The notes below the pieces were generated by a model. The model was given only the letters and a program-made list of their open reading frames with translations. It was not told the DNA's origin and ran no database searches. Positions 11,761 to 24,664 of a DNA stretch of 48,225 nt are shown here, in pieces. Position 1 is the stretch's first letter. The number at the start of each line of letters is the position of its first letter. Source of the DNA: Octopus bimaculoides (Eukaryota); contig NC_068990.1 in assembly GCF_001194135.2 (NCBI RefSeq), positions 11,076,130 through 11,124,354 on the forward strand, given 5' to 3'. The position numbers were made by a program, and so were the translations under genes.

Positions 11761-12885
11761 TCAGGTCATCCCATAAGTTCTGTCCGATTTTACCTTTTTT
11801 AAAATTGAATGCAATTTAATAGTATTTTAGAATATCTAATGGAATTTTAAATTATTTTCATGCATTTGTGTATATTTAAACTAATTAAATATTATTTTAC
11901 AGAATAATAGAATTAAAATTTCTTTGATTAAAACCCTTTCTAACATGGAAGTATCCAAAGAGCATTTGAGGCATATAATGATTTNNNNNNNNNNNNNNNN
12001 NNNNNNNNNNNNNNNNNNNNNNNNNNNNNNNNNNNNNNNNNNNNNNNNNNNNNNNNNNNNNNNNNNNNNNNNNNNNNNNNNNNNNNNNNNNNNNNNNNNN
12101 NNNNNNNNNNNNNNNNNNNNNNNNNNNNNNNNNNNNNNNNNNNNNNNNNNNNNNNNNNNNNNNNNNNNNNNNNNNNNNNNNNNNNNNNNNNNNNNNNNNN
12201 NNNNNNNNNNNNNNNNNNNNNNNNNNNNNNNNNNNNNNNNNNNNNNNNNNNNNNNNNNNNNNNNNNNNNNNNNNNNNNNNNNNNNNNNNNNNNNNNNNNN
12301 NNNNNNNNNNNNNNNNNNNNNNNNNNNNNNNNNNNNNNNNNNNNNNNNNNNNNNNNNNNNNNNNNNNNNNNNNNNNNNNNNNNNNNNNNNNNNNNNNNNN
12401 NNNNNNNNNNNNNNNNNNNNNNNNNNNNNNNNNNNNNNNNNNNNNNNNNNNNNNNNNNGCTTTGAAAGGAAAAAGACCCGTTTTAGTGAATCGAAAAGGA
12501 GTGATGTTTCATCAGGACAATGCGCGACCCCACACTGCAAAGATCACATCACAGAAGATCGAAGAGCTTGGTTGGGAAAAAATTACTCAACCACCTTATT
12601 CTCCCGAACTTGCTCTTTCAGACTTCCATTTGTTTCGTAGTTTACAGAATCATTTGGGGGACATAACTTTTCACAAGCCAGGAGGAGGTCGAAACTGACA
12701 TTTCAGAGTTCTTCGCTTTGAAACCAAAAGAGTTTTACAGTGATGAGATTTAAAAGTTTGCAAATAGCTGGAAGAATGTCATAGATAATCAGGGAAAGTC
12801 TATTGATTAAATTTCAATTAAATATAACATTTGATCACTTGTTTTCTTTATTCGAAATTCGGAAAGAACTTATGGGATGGCCTGA
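11761..12885 (+). mobile_element. mariner (DD34D-type) transposon with both TIRs and TA target duplication; transposase disrupted; central gap
   Basis: Left TIR tcaggtcatcccataagttctgtccga. The reverse complement of the right TIR is tcaggccatcccataagttctttccga (2 mismatches). TA flanks at 11759-60 and 12886-87. Protein motifs: MEVSKEHLRHIM, FHQDNARPH, PPYSPELALSDFHLFRSLQNHL. There is a frameshift near 12675 and a stop at ~12750. Confidence 0.95.
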
Positions 12886-14910
12886 TAATTTGCTAATTCA
12901 GAAATAGTAATTATTTTGTGAATTGAAAGAATCTTTAGAACATTAGTCAAAATTCACGTTGGACAGAATTCAGCAACAGCTCTTCACATTCTGAATTCAA
13001 ATTTAACCGATGTAAAATTTTCTCTTTTTCATTTTGGTGTCGATAAAATAAAACAGACGATGTACTTGTGCCTATATGTGTTACTTTAATGTTAAGGTTC
13101 TCAACATGGGTGGTAGCATCCCCAAGGGGGCCCTGAGCATGTCGAAAGCACTGTTAGCCTTTTAGATGGCGGGAGAGGTGATTGAGGTAACATTATTAAT
13201 ATACAAATTTTACCTGTATTAGTAATTATATTACATGACAAACTAGCAATGGTTATTAAAATAAAATGAGATCTCATCAGGCACAGGTAAATCATTAACT
13301 TGCAAGGTATAAAGTAAATTTACATCTTTGTACTCTTTAGTTTTGTATTGTTTCATTGTTAAAAATCTTTTACAAATACATTTTTAGAATAAAATTTATA
13401 AATTATCATTCATGTTAAGTTAGATTAGCCGTGATACCTCACTCACCACTTCAGTGGATGTCTATAATAACAACTACGTAAAAAGCGGCGCTACAAAAAA
13501 AAAAAAAGTTTCAGAGCCACTACTTTTAATACATAATACATAACGGGAGGCACATCATACATGATTATCAATAGTTTAGGGGTTCTCATGAGATGCGTCG
13601 CGAGTGTTGCCTAGAGTGCCGATGATTTTAAAGAATATAATTTCAAGCTTTGAAAAATCCATGCTAATGAATTAGCAACTTCAAAGACATTATTTATGAT
13701 TGTGTTGTGCACAAATATGATTCATTAAACAAAATACGGTTTGCAGCAGTTTTCTATATGTTGCTGTAAATGTTTAACATTATAGCATATNNNNNNNNNN
13801 TATATTGTTTTAGTTTTGAGCTTTTCATGCGAATTGCACCAGTATTTTTTTTGTTTGATCTGCAGCGCACCACGAAGAGAAAACGATTGAGAGTCACTGA
13901 TGTAAAGAGTTAGTTGAAAATCTATAAAAAATAAAAGAGACAAATCAATAAAAATGAAAACGTATTGGAAAATTTTTGAACAATCTTCCGTTTTACATGT
14001 TTATCATGCGACATTTTTCTGAGATCGAGTTTTGAAACTGCAGTAATGACATCTTTGAAGAATAATAGTAGCCATTTAAAACTCACATATGCTATTATAT
14101 TCACATCTATTTACTTTGTGATCGTACTGCATATTAGACGTGTATAAAGAATGGTTGTGGAGGAATGCATAGCAGTATCCCTGTGGAAGAAACGCTGAAT
14201 TAAGTAGGAGCTGACATAATGCAATGAACCTGAAATACTTAATTACTAAAAATTAGATCTGTAGTGAGAACAAATCATTACCTTAATTGTTCTTAATTAT
14301 CAAAATATTTTGTCATAAATCTAAGACCTGATTTGATATTATATTCTACTTTATTTAGAAATTCAACGTTTCTTGCATATCTAAATGTAGGGAGACTTTA
14401 CTGATTTGGGAAACAGCGTAATTTTTACGATGAATTTCCATAAAAATTTAGACATGACAACAATATTTAACGCCAAAATGCTCTCAGATAAGGGTGGTGA
14501 AGCTGGAAGCTGTACGTAGTCAATAAATCTGGTAGAAACATCTTCCAAGTACACTTAAAATTCTGTCTTACGCCTTTAAAAGTCATTCTGAATGATGTAC
14601 TCCTTAAAAGTGAAGTGCACATTGGTTGTAGCTTCAACGCATTTGATCATATATCTTCTACTTATTCAGGGCTTACCTAGAACTAAGCAACGAAAGTGAT
14701 ATTCAAATTAACGCTAGCAATACGTAGCTATCAGTTCAAAACGCTAATGATGGTCTTCCATACAAAGACAGCGATGATTCATATTTGCCATGTTTATCTT
14801 CGTAACAAACGCGCCGACGTAGATATATGTACCTGAACTAATAGAAATAGAAGACGCAAAACTTTGTCTCTCTACCTGTATGTCTGTATCTGTCTGTCTA
14901 TCTCACTCTT

Positions 14911-14953
<43 letters not shown>

Positions 14954-15457
14954 TTTAATCTACTTGTCTCCAAAAAAGAACAATGTATAATGAATCCTAA
15001 ATGGCTTGTGTCTGAGCAGAGACGAAATGGTTAAGCCTTCAATGCCTTTATCGGATCGATCCTGAGTAATGATGATAGCGTTGTTTAACAACAAAGCAAC
15101 AGTCGAAGAATATGGCAGATAATGTATGCATCAATTATGAAGAAAAGCACAAATAGGAGGAATCGAATAAATGAAATCGCATCAGAGAGAAGATGGTATT
15201 TTCAACGACCCAGCGTTTTATCAATATTTATATGAAGACTTGATTATTTGAATAATTATTTGAGCTAGTACATGAATGTTGTTTCCTCTTACAAGAATTC
15301 TACCCCGGAAGAGATGAAAGGTAAAGTTGAAATCAGTGGCATTGTTGAAATCAGAACGTAATGGGTCAAATCCCAATACAGTAGGTTTTAATCTACTGGT
15401 CATGTAAATCTATTGTGGATAATGTACCAGCAATGATCGACTTCTTTATTCTAATAT

Positions 15458-15523
<66 letters not shown>

Positions 15524-17587
15524 TACGTTATCCAATGTATTCTTGTTCGTTTGTTCGTTTTAGTTAAAATTCGTTATTTAAAGGACATTTCCATGTTATT
15601 TTTAAACATCTCGAGGATTAAAGGATTTCGTCATAAATTTATAATATTTTTTACTCATTCTAAGAAAAACCACTATAGAAATATATATATATATATATAA
15701 TAGAAAAATATTAGTGGTCCTGCGAGATTGTGTGAAGAGTAGAAAGAAGCGGCAAAGAGAACGAGTCCGCCTAAACGTTAAAAATACATATGATGAATCA
15801 GCAAAAAGAAAAAAAGAAAACACAGGTGGGACAATTTTTTCTACTTTAAGGCTCCAAATATCTGTGCACAGTGGTGTTGATTATCTGATTTCTGGCTGCC
15901 AAAATATGAATGTTTGTCCCGTACCTCATGAGTCCGATACGGGCAATTTATATAAATCCCCGAAAACGAGTTGATTGTTTAATGCTTTATCAAAATACTT
16001 TGTTGGTATGAAATCACAAATATGCTACAATTTCAGATATGTTTGTACTTGTTCTTGGGATTGATCTGGTACTGATTATTAAAAATGTGTTTGAGTAGCT
16101 TTCAATATAACAAAAGTTAACTTTCAGATAATTTTTATAAAATAATTTTGCTGTTAGAGAGAGCACGGACATTCAAACTAAAAGTGTTAATTTTCCATCT
16201 ACTGTGTATGTGTTATTAGCATCTATCATGGTTGCATTTTATGTTTATTTTCTTCAGTTTTTCGCAGCGGAAGATATTTGTCTATTTTTAGGTTTTAATC
16301 TGCTGGAAATGAGTAAATTATATTATTAGTTGTCACTGAAATTTTACAGCTTAGTTATCTTAAGACATTCATTTCTTTCTTCTGAATCTCTCTAACATAA
16401 GACCACAAGCAAAGAGTGAAATGTTCAGAAAATTGTCTCGATGCAGGTGTAACTCATTCTGAGATATTTTTCGTGAGTCCTCTGCATAAATTCCTTTAGT
16501 ACACAAAACTATTCTCCATCAAAATAACTCATAAGCAAGAGAAAACTCATCACTGAAGGGGTTAACATGACAGAAATGAACATAGGAAAGCAAATACTTT
16601 TGTGAATTCATTATAACAATATTATCAGTTATATTCATGTCTGTAAATGAATTTAAAAGATTAAACTTTCAGAAGTTAATGGGTTCCGAGGGGTGTAAAA
16701 CGCTAGGATTTCAAACTGAATGCATTTACAATTATGATAATTCCCTTTTAAACTATTTGATTACCGATAATTATCCATATAGGATAATGCAATAGCTTAA
16801 ATAATTTCTAAATTAATGGGGCTTAAAAGCTTCAGAGTACTAATTACTTCACGTATGTGATGAAATACAGCATTAACATTGTGTATTCCAAAATTATATA
16901 TGCGTGCCTATATATTCATTCCTATTATTTGTCTAGAATCTGGAGCTTGTGTTTCTGATTCTATATTTATGTTGCTGATTGAGAATTTATGTTCCTTTGT
17001 ATTACTTTGACTTTCAATGATTTAATAATTTTTATAAAGTCAAAACAATGCAAGTTATCAGAAACAATACTTTCTGCTATCTGTTATAAATTACAAGGAA
17101 TGATACAAGTCGATGACTTGTACTTTTAACTTGTATTTTAATATTTCGGGTTTAGGAGACCTCCTTCAGTAACTCTTTGGAGAAGCGTTGCTGTGAGCAG
17201 ACTTCTCTTTTTGTAGTGTATGTTAGACGTATACTTTTATCTGGAAGTATATATATATATATATATAGATATATATAGATATGTGCCAGAACGATTTGCA
17301 AGTTTTCAAGTTTTAGAAATTGAGGATTGTTATGTAAATTTTAGAATCTTACATACTATGATCTCTTAACAATATTTGCTATCAAAATTTTCTGCTATTT
17401 TGTTCTGTGCTGAATATCTTCAGGCACAAAATTTGAAATTTCCTATGTTTATTAGGTCTCATTATCTATGTTTAAAGGAAATACCATTTCAAAAATATAT
17501 TTTATCACACCATTCTCGGTCTTTCGCATTTCTACATTTCATATAGAGACATAGGTGTGCGTGTGCGCATGTGTGTGAGGATGTATG

Positions 17588-17621
<34 letters not shown>

Positions 17622-18377
17622 CATATACACATATATACATACATACATANNNNNNNNNNNNNNNNNNNNNNNNNNNNNNNNNNNNNNNNNNNNNNNNNNN
17701 NNNNNNNNNNNNNNNNNNNNNNNNNNNNNNNNNNNNNNNNNNNNNNNNNNNNNNNNNNNNNNNNNNNNNNNNNNNNNNNNNNNNNNNNNNNNNNNNNNNN
17801 NNNNNNNNNNNNNNNNNNNNNNNNNNNNNNNNNNNNNNNNNNNNNNNNNNNNNNNNNNNNNNNNNNNNNNNNNNNNNNNNNNNNNNNNNNNNNNNNNNNN
17901 NATATATATATATAATATATATATATATGTATGTATGTATGTATGTATAGAAAGATATATAAATAGATATTTATATATCTGTGTGTGTGTATGTATATCA
18001 ATGTACGTGGAAGCAGACAAACCATTCCATGCCCAAATAATTAATAGACAGATTTTTAGATAGATAAATTCTTTGGTTGATCGATGTGCGTGTAAGTCCA
18101 CGCATTTATCCACGTATATATCAATCCTGAAATCAGTCTACCAATGTATCTATCTTTAGAATTATTACCCTATCAATTTTTTTTTTCATACCGGCTCACA
18201 TATACATACAGACTTATATGCACATGCATGCATAAGACAGCATACAAAAGTATAAATGCACACATGGAAAATATTTACACGTATTTCTACGTATGCATAT
18301 AGACATACACACACATAAATGCGTAAATACATAAATATGGGTGTGTGTGTGTGTACTTATAATTATATAGAGGTAAA

Positions 18378-18385
18378 TAGATAGA

Positions 18386-18419
<34 letters not shown>

Positions 18420-18426
18420 CACAGAC

Positions 18427-18485
<59 letters not shown>

Positions 18486-18486
18486 C
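18378..18486. repeat. (GATA)n/(GACA)n microsatellite
   Basis: Directly visible. Confidence 0.97.
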
Positions 18487-18879
18487 AAATGAGAAATCAT
18501 AGAAAAACAATTGTTTATTTCCGTTATCTTACTCAGTTAATATTATGGCCGAACTATGGAATCCAGACAAAATATATTTTCTAGGTCCCCTTTTCCGTTG
18601 TCAAGGAGGAAATATTGGCAACTAGCTATTGTTACGATAATGTTAAAATGCATTCAAGATCGAAGGCTGCAGCAGGGAACTGCACCATTTTGGTGTTGTT
18701 ATAAAGTAAGTTTCTGAAGAAAAATGCACATAGATATATATCGTTCAATGTAAATTCTACTATACAATATTTATGTTTGTGCGTGTATATGTGTGAATAT
18801 ATATATGTGGGGTGGGGTGTATGTGTGAGTGTGAATGGTGGTTGTCTATTCCTTATGCAGAATCTGACCATCTCTTGTA

Positions 18880-20596
18880 CCAACAGCTTAGATCAATCAT
18901 GGCGAATGATGTGGCTTTTTAAACAAGACAACGTATTGAAAAGACACCCACATAAATTGCATATTCGATTTGGACCACCAAGAGCTGCAGTTAAGTTCTG
19001 ATCTTTGTGGATCTTAAAATGTCTTTTGAGGCCTCCGTTAGATTTGCAAACATTATGGAATACATAGCATTGAAAGGTATGCACAGAAATATAAGCAAAA
19101 TAGTTAGTGGAGGTTTTCTCTTCATGGGTCCGCAAATGAGATTTGAGCCCAACAAAAGAGAGACATGGCCTCTTACAAACTTTGCACACAAAAGGTCATG
19201 GTGGTTCACCTTCTCGATCACAACATTCTTCTTTAAATATCCCTTGAGTCCTGCATGCGTTATCCTGGCCACTTCAAACACCATTACTCTACTCCACACT
19301 TTTGTTCACTATCCAGTTCGATCCGAAACAAGGGTTTCTATGTCCTCTGGAACCATTCCAAATGACTTCATTGTAGTCTTTATCCCGTTTCCCCTCTACA
19401 AGCACACCATGAAATAGCTATTTGGGAGTGCGTTGATCCGCTGTTCGAATAATATGGCCACACGATTTCATTTGTCTTGTCATTGCTTTAATTTCATGTT
19501 TAAAATGCGATAAAGTTATTTTTGGTGCAATTGTTCAAACAATTTGAAATGCCTTTCATAACATGTCCATGTTTCAGAAGAATGAAACAGGGATGGTAAG
19601 ACAAATGATTTGTAAAGAGTCAATTTTGTGTTATTATTTATATAACGGTAGCACCAAACGCATGACTTCAAGCTGAAGGAATAAGAAAACTCAAGTAATT
19701 TACCCTTAACAAAAAAATGTTAGGAGCGCTGCGAACAGCACCACATGCAATTTGATACAGTACAACTGTTTTTGTTTTTTAAGTTGATAGTCAAACCAAA
19801 ATCCTCACAAGCTGAGTCAAATGCTGATACAAGAGATTGCAGACTTGTTTCAGAATGACTGACTAGATCGCAATCGTCAGCGTATAAGAGTTCCCGAAAA
19901 AGTGAAGTAAAAACCTTCGTTTTGAATTTTAGTCTGGTCAGATTAAAACATGTATTGCAAAGAGGATGGGTACATCAAGGTCTCCTTGCTGTACTCTATT
20001 TTCCACACAAAAGATTCAAACAGCCTACCACGAAAGTTAGTTAACTCTGGATTTCATATCTTGATGCAAAGCCCTGATCATGTTTACACATTTCTCTGGG
20101 CAACCTATTTTCTTAAGAATTAGCTGCAGAATATTTCGATTAACAATATCGAACGCTTTGCTTAAATCAACAAAGTAGTGGTATAGGGCAAGATTCTGTT
20201 CAATGCACTTTTCCTGAAATTGTCTGATAGTAGATATACAATCAACTTTGGAACTATGAATATATTTAAACGTTCTAACAGAATGCGGGCAAATACCTTT
20301 CCAACCACAGACAAAAGAAAAATGCCACAAAAATTACCACACAGATCCTTTGGCCCCGATTTATACAAGGAGACTAAAATTGTATCATTCCAGTATGAAG
20401 AACTTTCTCAGTTCGCCAACAGTTACAAATCAATATACTTAAGCGTTCAAACATTTTGTCACCCCTATATTTCAAGACCTCTTCACAGATTCCATCAAAC
20501 CCTGGAGATTTATTGTTATTCAGCTTATTCACAGCTAAATAAATGTCATTTAGAGTTGGTTCAAATGCCATCTCCTCTATAACAGGAGGGTTTTTG

Positions 20597-20600
<4 letters not shown>
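18880..20600 (-). mobile_element. Decayed RTE-clade LINE: RT domain through 3' end, with C-terminal C2H2 fingers
   Basis: Motifs in order: NKLNNNKSPGFDGI; CGNFCGIFLLSVVGKVFARILLERL; YFVDLSKAFDIVNR...GCPEKCVNMIRALHQDM; TWTCYERHFKLFEQLHQK; then CKVCKRPCLSFVGLKSHLRTH. Many frameshifts and stops, plus internal deletions. Confidence 0.92.
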
Positions 20601-20681
<81 letters not shown>

Positions 20682-20682
<1 letters not shown>

Positions 20683-20910
20683 CAAAGTATAGGGCTTTAG
20701 TTCACTGGTACGCTTGGTAAGTGCTGTGACGGATTATTAAGGCTCCAACGTTGTAGCCGAGACATTAGTTATGGACCCATTCAAGATTTCCGATATAGCG
20801 GATATATGATTGTTAAAGAGAACAACAGAGGTTAAGGCAAGGCAAACATCTCAAGTCATATATATTATTATTATTGGTAGAAATTCAAAGTCTTACAACT
20901 GTTTCTGAGA
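20682..20910 (+). repeat. Unclassified interspersed repeat (element E), copy 1
   Basis: Clearly homologous to 24665-24957. Shared blocks are tacgcttggtaagtgctgt, tagccgagac..tagttatgga.ccatt, gatttccgat..agcggatatat and aggcaaggcaaacatc. Confidence 0.8.
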
Positions 20911-21149
20911 CATCCCAAAATATGAGATATTCCGTCATCAGAGACAAATAGGGAAAATGAGGAGAGAATAGATTAATGAAATAACGACAAAAAAGGACAG
21001 GAGTAAAGAAATAAGGAGATGAAGAGAGAGAAGCAAAAAGGAGCATAAAAGTTCACAGTTCAACTTTCCTATGTTGTAGAAATAAGTCCATAACTCCTTT
21101 GATGCAATCCTGCCTATATACATATATGCATATTTTAGATCAAGAAATC

Positions 21150-21750
21150 TAAAAATTTAACTTAGATTTTTACTTTAATTTTCAGATATAGAACTTTGTC
21201 ATGCCAGACATCAGTTCGTCTCAGCAAATGAAAAGGCATGCTGTGATCGTTACCTTAAAAACGCAGCATAGTAAGAGACAATGCCGCTATCTGCATAGAG
21301 GTGGTGTTGAAGAAGGTCATGACGTCCAAGATAGACAGTGTGCAATGGAAAGACTGTACGTCTTCAACCAACATTCTATGCCGTCTGATAAGGCCAGGAC
21401 AACCGCACCATTGGTGTTTGCCAATTTCCATGATTCTGTTCTCCCAGACACATGGCCGCCTACTGGTCTATTACGTATGGTGTTTAGCCGAGAGAGGTCA
21501 ATCAAAACCTCCATACACCATAAATCTCTCCAGTCCTCCATAAGTGATAACGATTATCTGATTCGGTCGTCAACACTTTTGACGCCATAGTGAAGCAGCC
21601 ATTGATACTTACAGAGAATTCATCAAATTGTTGTGCTACAAGAATTCTCAAGATTATTTGTACGACTCTGTCTTCAAATACAGCTTTTCTTCGAGGAGTT
21701 TTTCATCCTTTTCAAAATTCCAACAAATGACCTCAAAAACTGCCGTGCCA
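21150..21750 (+). mobile_element. Internally deleted Tc1/mariner-superfamily element (DD37D/maT-like)
   Basis: YVFNQHSMPSDKARTT...ANFHDSVLPDTWPP matches YVFQQDSAPSHKA..TQ.W...NF.D...pD.WPP.SPDL. The subfamily is inferred. Confidence 0.7.
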
Positions 21751-21754
21751 TCGC

Positions 21755-21766
<12 letters not shown>

Positions 21767-21837
<71 letters not shown>
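21767..21837. repeat. (CT)n microsatellite
   Basis: Directly visible. Confidence 0.97.
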
Positions 21838-21840
<3 letters not shown>

Positions 21841-21913
21841 CACACACGTAATCACAGATACAGACACACACACACATGCAAACACAGACACACAGGCATA
21901 GGCACAGGCACAG

Positions 21914-21951
<38 letters not shown>

Positions 21952-21984
21952 CGCTTTTTCGACTGTAAAAACATCACCTACAAC

Positions 21985-22365
21985 CACTGGATAGCCCACC
22001 GGAAATATGGTCAACAAAGAGTACTTTATGGAAGTTTTGAAGGATTCCAGGGAGTGATTGCACCGCAAAAGACGAGAGCAAAAGCATCAGTTCACACTCC
22101 AGTCCTAGTAACCAACTAATTAACACAGATGGACATCATAAATGTGTCTCACACATTCCCTTCCGTCCAGGTCTTTCTCCATGTGATTTTTAGCTGTTCC
22201 TCAAACTGAATGGGGAAAAAATGAAGGCGGCTGTGACAAGGGACCTGGACACCTTCACTTTAGATGACATCCATGGGGCGTCCAGGAAGCGGGTGGAGCA
22301 CTACAAAATGGAAGAAGTCCTACTTTCAAGGAGATGAGAGTTTAGTGCTTCTTCGAATGTCTGAA
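21985..22365 (+). mobile_element. mariner transposase catalytic and C-terminal remnant
   Basis: With frameshifts it reads WI-PTGNMVNKEYFMEVL, ASVHTPVLVTN, PFRPGLSPCDF*LFLKL, MKAAVTRDLDTFTLDD and SYFQGD. Confidence 0.85.
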
Positions 22366-24499
22366 AAGCTCTGGAATGGACCTTGTGTTTGTGTGAGTGT
22401 GTGCGCGCGCGCCTGTGTTTTTGTTTGCATGTGTGTGTGTATATATATATATATATGTATGTGTATATAATCATCATCATCATCATCATTATCATCATCG
22501 CCATCGCCATCATCAGCTCAAATTTCCGCTTTTGTAAACATTCACTCAAGTAAACATTTATTAACGACCGATCTACAACCGTTTATGAGTCTATCAGTCT
22601 CCCTTTCTATTTACATGCCACTCATGTTGTCTTTGTATTTGTCTGCATATTTAGCTAAACCTGTATATAATTATATAGATATACATTTCTATGTTTATAT
22701 TTTTATTTAGTTTTCTATGAACATACACACACACACACACATACACACACATCTACTCACATATATATATCTACCTATCTATATATTTTCTGTCTAAAAA
22801 CTCTTATACTCAGCATTTTATTTACTTGCTTGTCTTTTACTCTATATGTGTATCTATTTCTTTCTGTATCTCCCTATTTACTGATAACACATTTGTTTTT
22901 CGTCATTTGCTATTAGCTGAATGTTTCCAAGCGAACTGTTACCAGGTTTTAATCATTTTTCCGTACTTCAAATTCCTTTTCTGCTTCCCAGTAATAACAT
23001 TTTGAGAATATTCAATCAGTCGACGCTTGAACTTTGCTGTAAACATCTTTCTATTTGAATCTATACCGACAGAGAACTTTTAACTGGCATTCTAACAATA
23101 TAACAAGCAATTCGGGTGGCGTCAGTAAGGTCACCTATACACAGTTGCCAGTTAATTGTTTGTTCCGTTTAAAATGTTAAGTTTTATTTCTTTCCCTTTG
23201 TTGCTTTATAATATTGTAGATAAAACAATTTACTACACCAGGAAATACTGAGTGAATCCTACAGGGAAATGAAACAGACTAAGACACCAACAAATGTTTA
23301 AATCCACTGTCTGACCTGAATCAATATTTCAGGTCAAACAACAGATAACATTTATTTACACTTTATTCCTATTATTCATATTTTTGTCTACACTATTTAT
23401 TGCGAAGTAGATCAATGTTGCATAATACCATCTCGGAGCTACGGATTATTCAGAAGATACAAGAATTGATTGCAACAATTGCTTTTGTCAGTACATCGAC
23501 GGTTTGAAAATGACGTGTCATATACTACTAAGTACCATATAATTATAATGGTTTACCACTCTGGCACGTTAAATAAATATAACGTGTGCTTTTCATTAGA
23601 CGACCGAGATGTTATACATGTGTACAAATATAAATTACAAATTTCAGGCGCGGACGAAGAAGTGTTAGTTGTAATGGTAGCATATCAGTCTCTTAGGCTA
23701 CGATCCCCATAGATTATGGTGCCACTTTATTACCACTATTACTTGTTACTCTATCTCTCTGAGAAACCAGGTATGGCCTATACACAAAGTATATCATAAT
23801 TACTGGTTCTTCGGCTAAACATCAACAGTTTATTTGGATGCTACACCGATTTAAGTCTACATTTATCCATACACTCTCGGATATATACATATACACAGAG
23901 AGTCATGTATATGTATATATACACAGACAATCATATACATTCTGTGTATATGTGTGTTCATGTGTATGAATGTATGTTTTATGTATATATGATATATATG
24001 ATATGTTTGTGTAAACTGAGGATGTAAAAGCGATCATCATGATTGAGGAGACAATCCCGTAGGAAAACAGAGGCAAGATGAAATCTGAAAAGAAAGAAAA
24101 TCATCACGTAATAGCATCTGGTAGAAAACCATCGGTATAATGTTCACAGATCTAGCTATTTTATTTACGATTAACTGCAGGCATTTTCTGATGTACTTTC
24201 AGACGAAAGCTGACAGTTCTGGAAACGACAAATAAAGATAAAGAAGGCTAAGAAAAGCACCAGAAATCTTTTTATTGGATCTAGAAAAAAGGGAGGATTT
24301 TCACTAGAAGTTAAAAGAAAGTAACCAGTGAGACAAGCTCTCATTGCCAAATCACCAACTAGATTAAGTTGTGGGTTCGTGTTGAAATGCTCACGGTAAG
24401 CTGAATGCATCTGATGACTAGCCCTCCAGGCCAAAAGCTACAGTCATAAATATTTGCCTGAACTTGCTGGCAACTCTACTGGATGTATCGAGATGTATT

Positions 24500-24630
24500 T
24501 AATAGCAAAGCTTGCTTCTCCACGACATGGTTTCGAGTTCAATCCCACAACGTATCACCTTGGCAAGTCTCCTCTACCATAGCCTCGGGCCGACCAGTGC
24601 CTTGTGGGATTTGAAAGAAGTCCGTCGAAT
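24500..24630 (+). mobile_element. SINE family B, degenerate
   Basis: gagttcaatcccac...atagcctcgggccgacc...gaaagaagtccgtcg. Confidence 0.8.
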
Positions 24631-24664
24631 ATATGTATATATACATATATATGTATGTATACAC

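Noticed and set aside
13090-13665. Possible hAT-type MITE ends (ggttctcaa-like motifs)
   Set aside because: I could not pair TIRs or find an 8-bp TSD.
14490-14660. Segment resembling an abundant octopus repeat, with a possible opposite-strand relative at ~42625-42700
   Set aside because: The call rests on recollection, and the in-window similarity is too weak to support it.
15714-15974. 86-aa plus ORF
   Set aside because: It has a non-ATG start and no recognisable domain, and the splice boundaries are not consistent.
19007-19417. 136-aa plus-strand ORF
   Set aside because: It is an antisense shadow of the RTE 3' region and zinc fingers.
24171-24434. 87-aa minus ORF with a hydrophobic stretch
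   Set aside because: It has a non-ATG start, no convincing splice sites and no recognisable family. The hydrophobicity follows from T-rich composition.
24411-24455. CTGATGA followed by a GCC/GGC hairpin and GTC, as a hammerhead
   Set aside because: There is no GAAA core (CAAAAG instead), stem III does not pair and stem I has only 2 bp.
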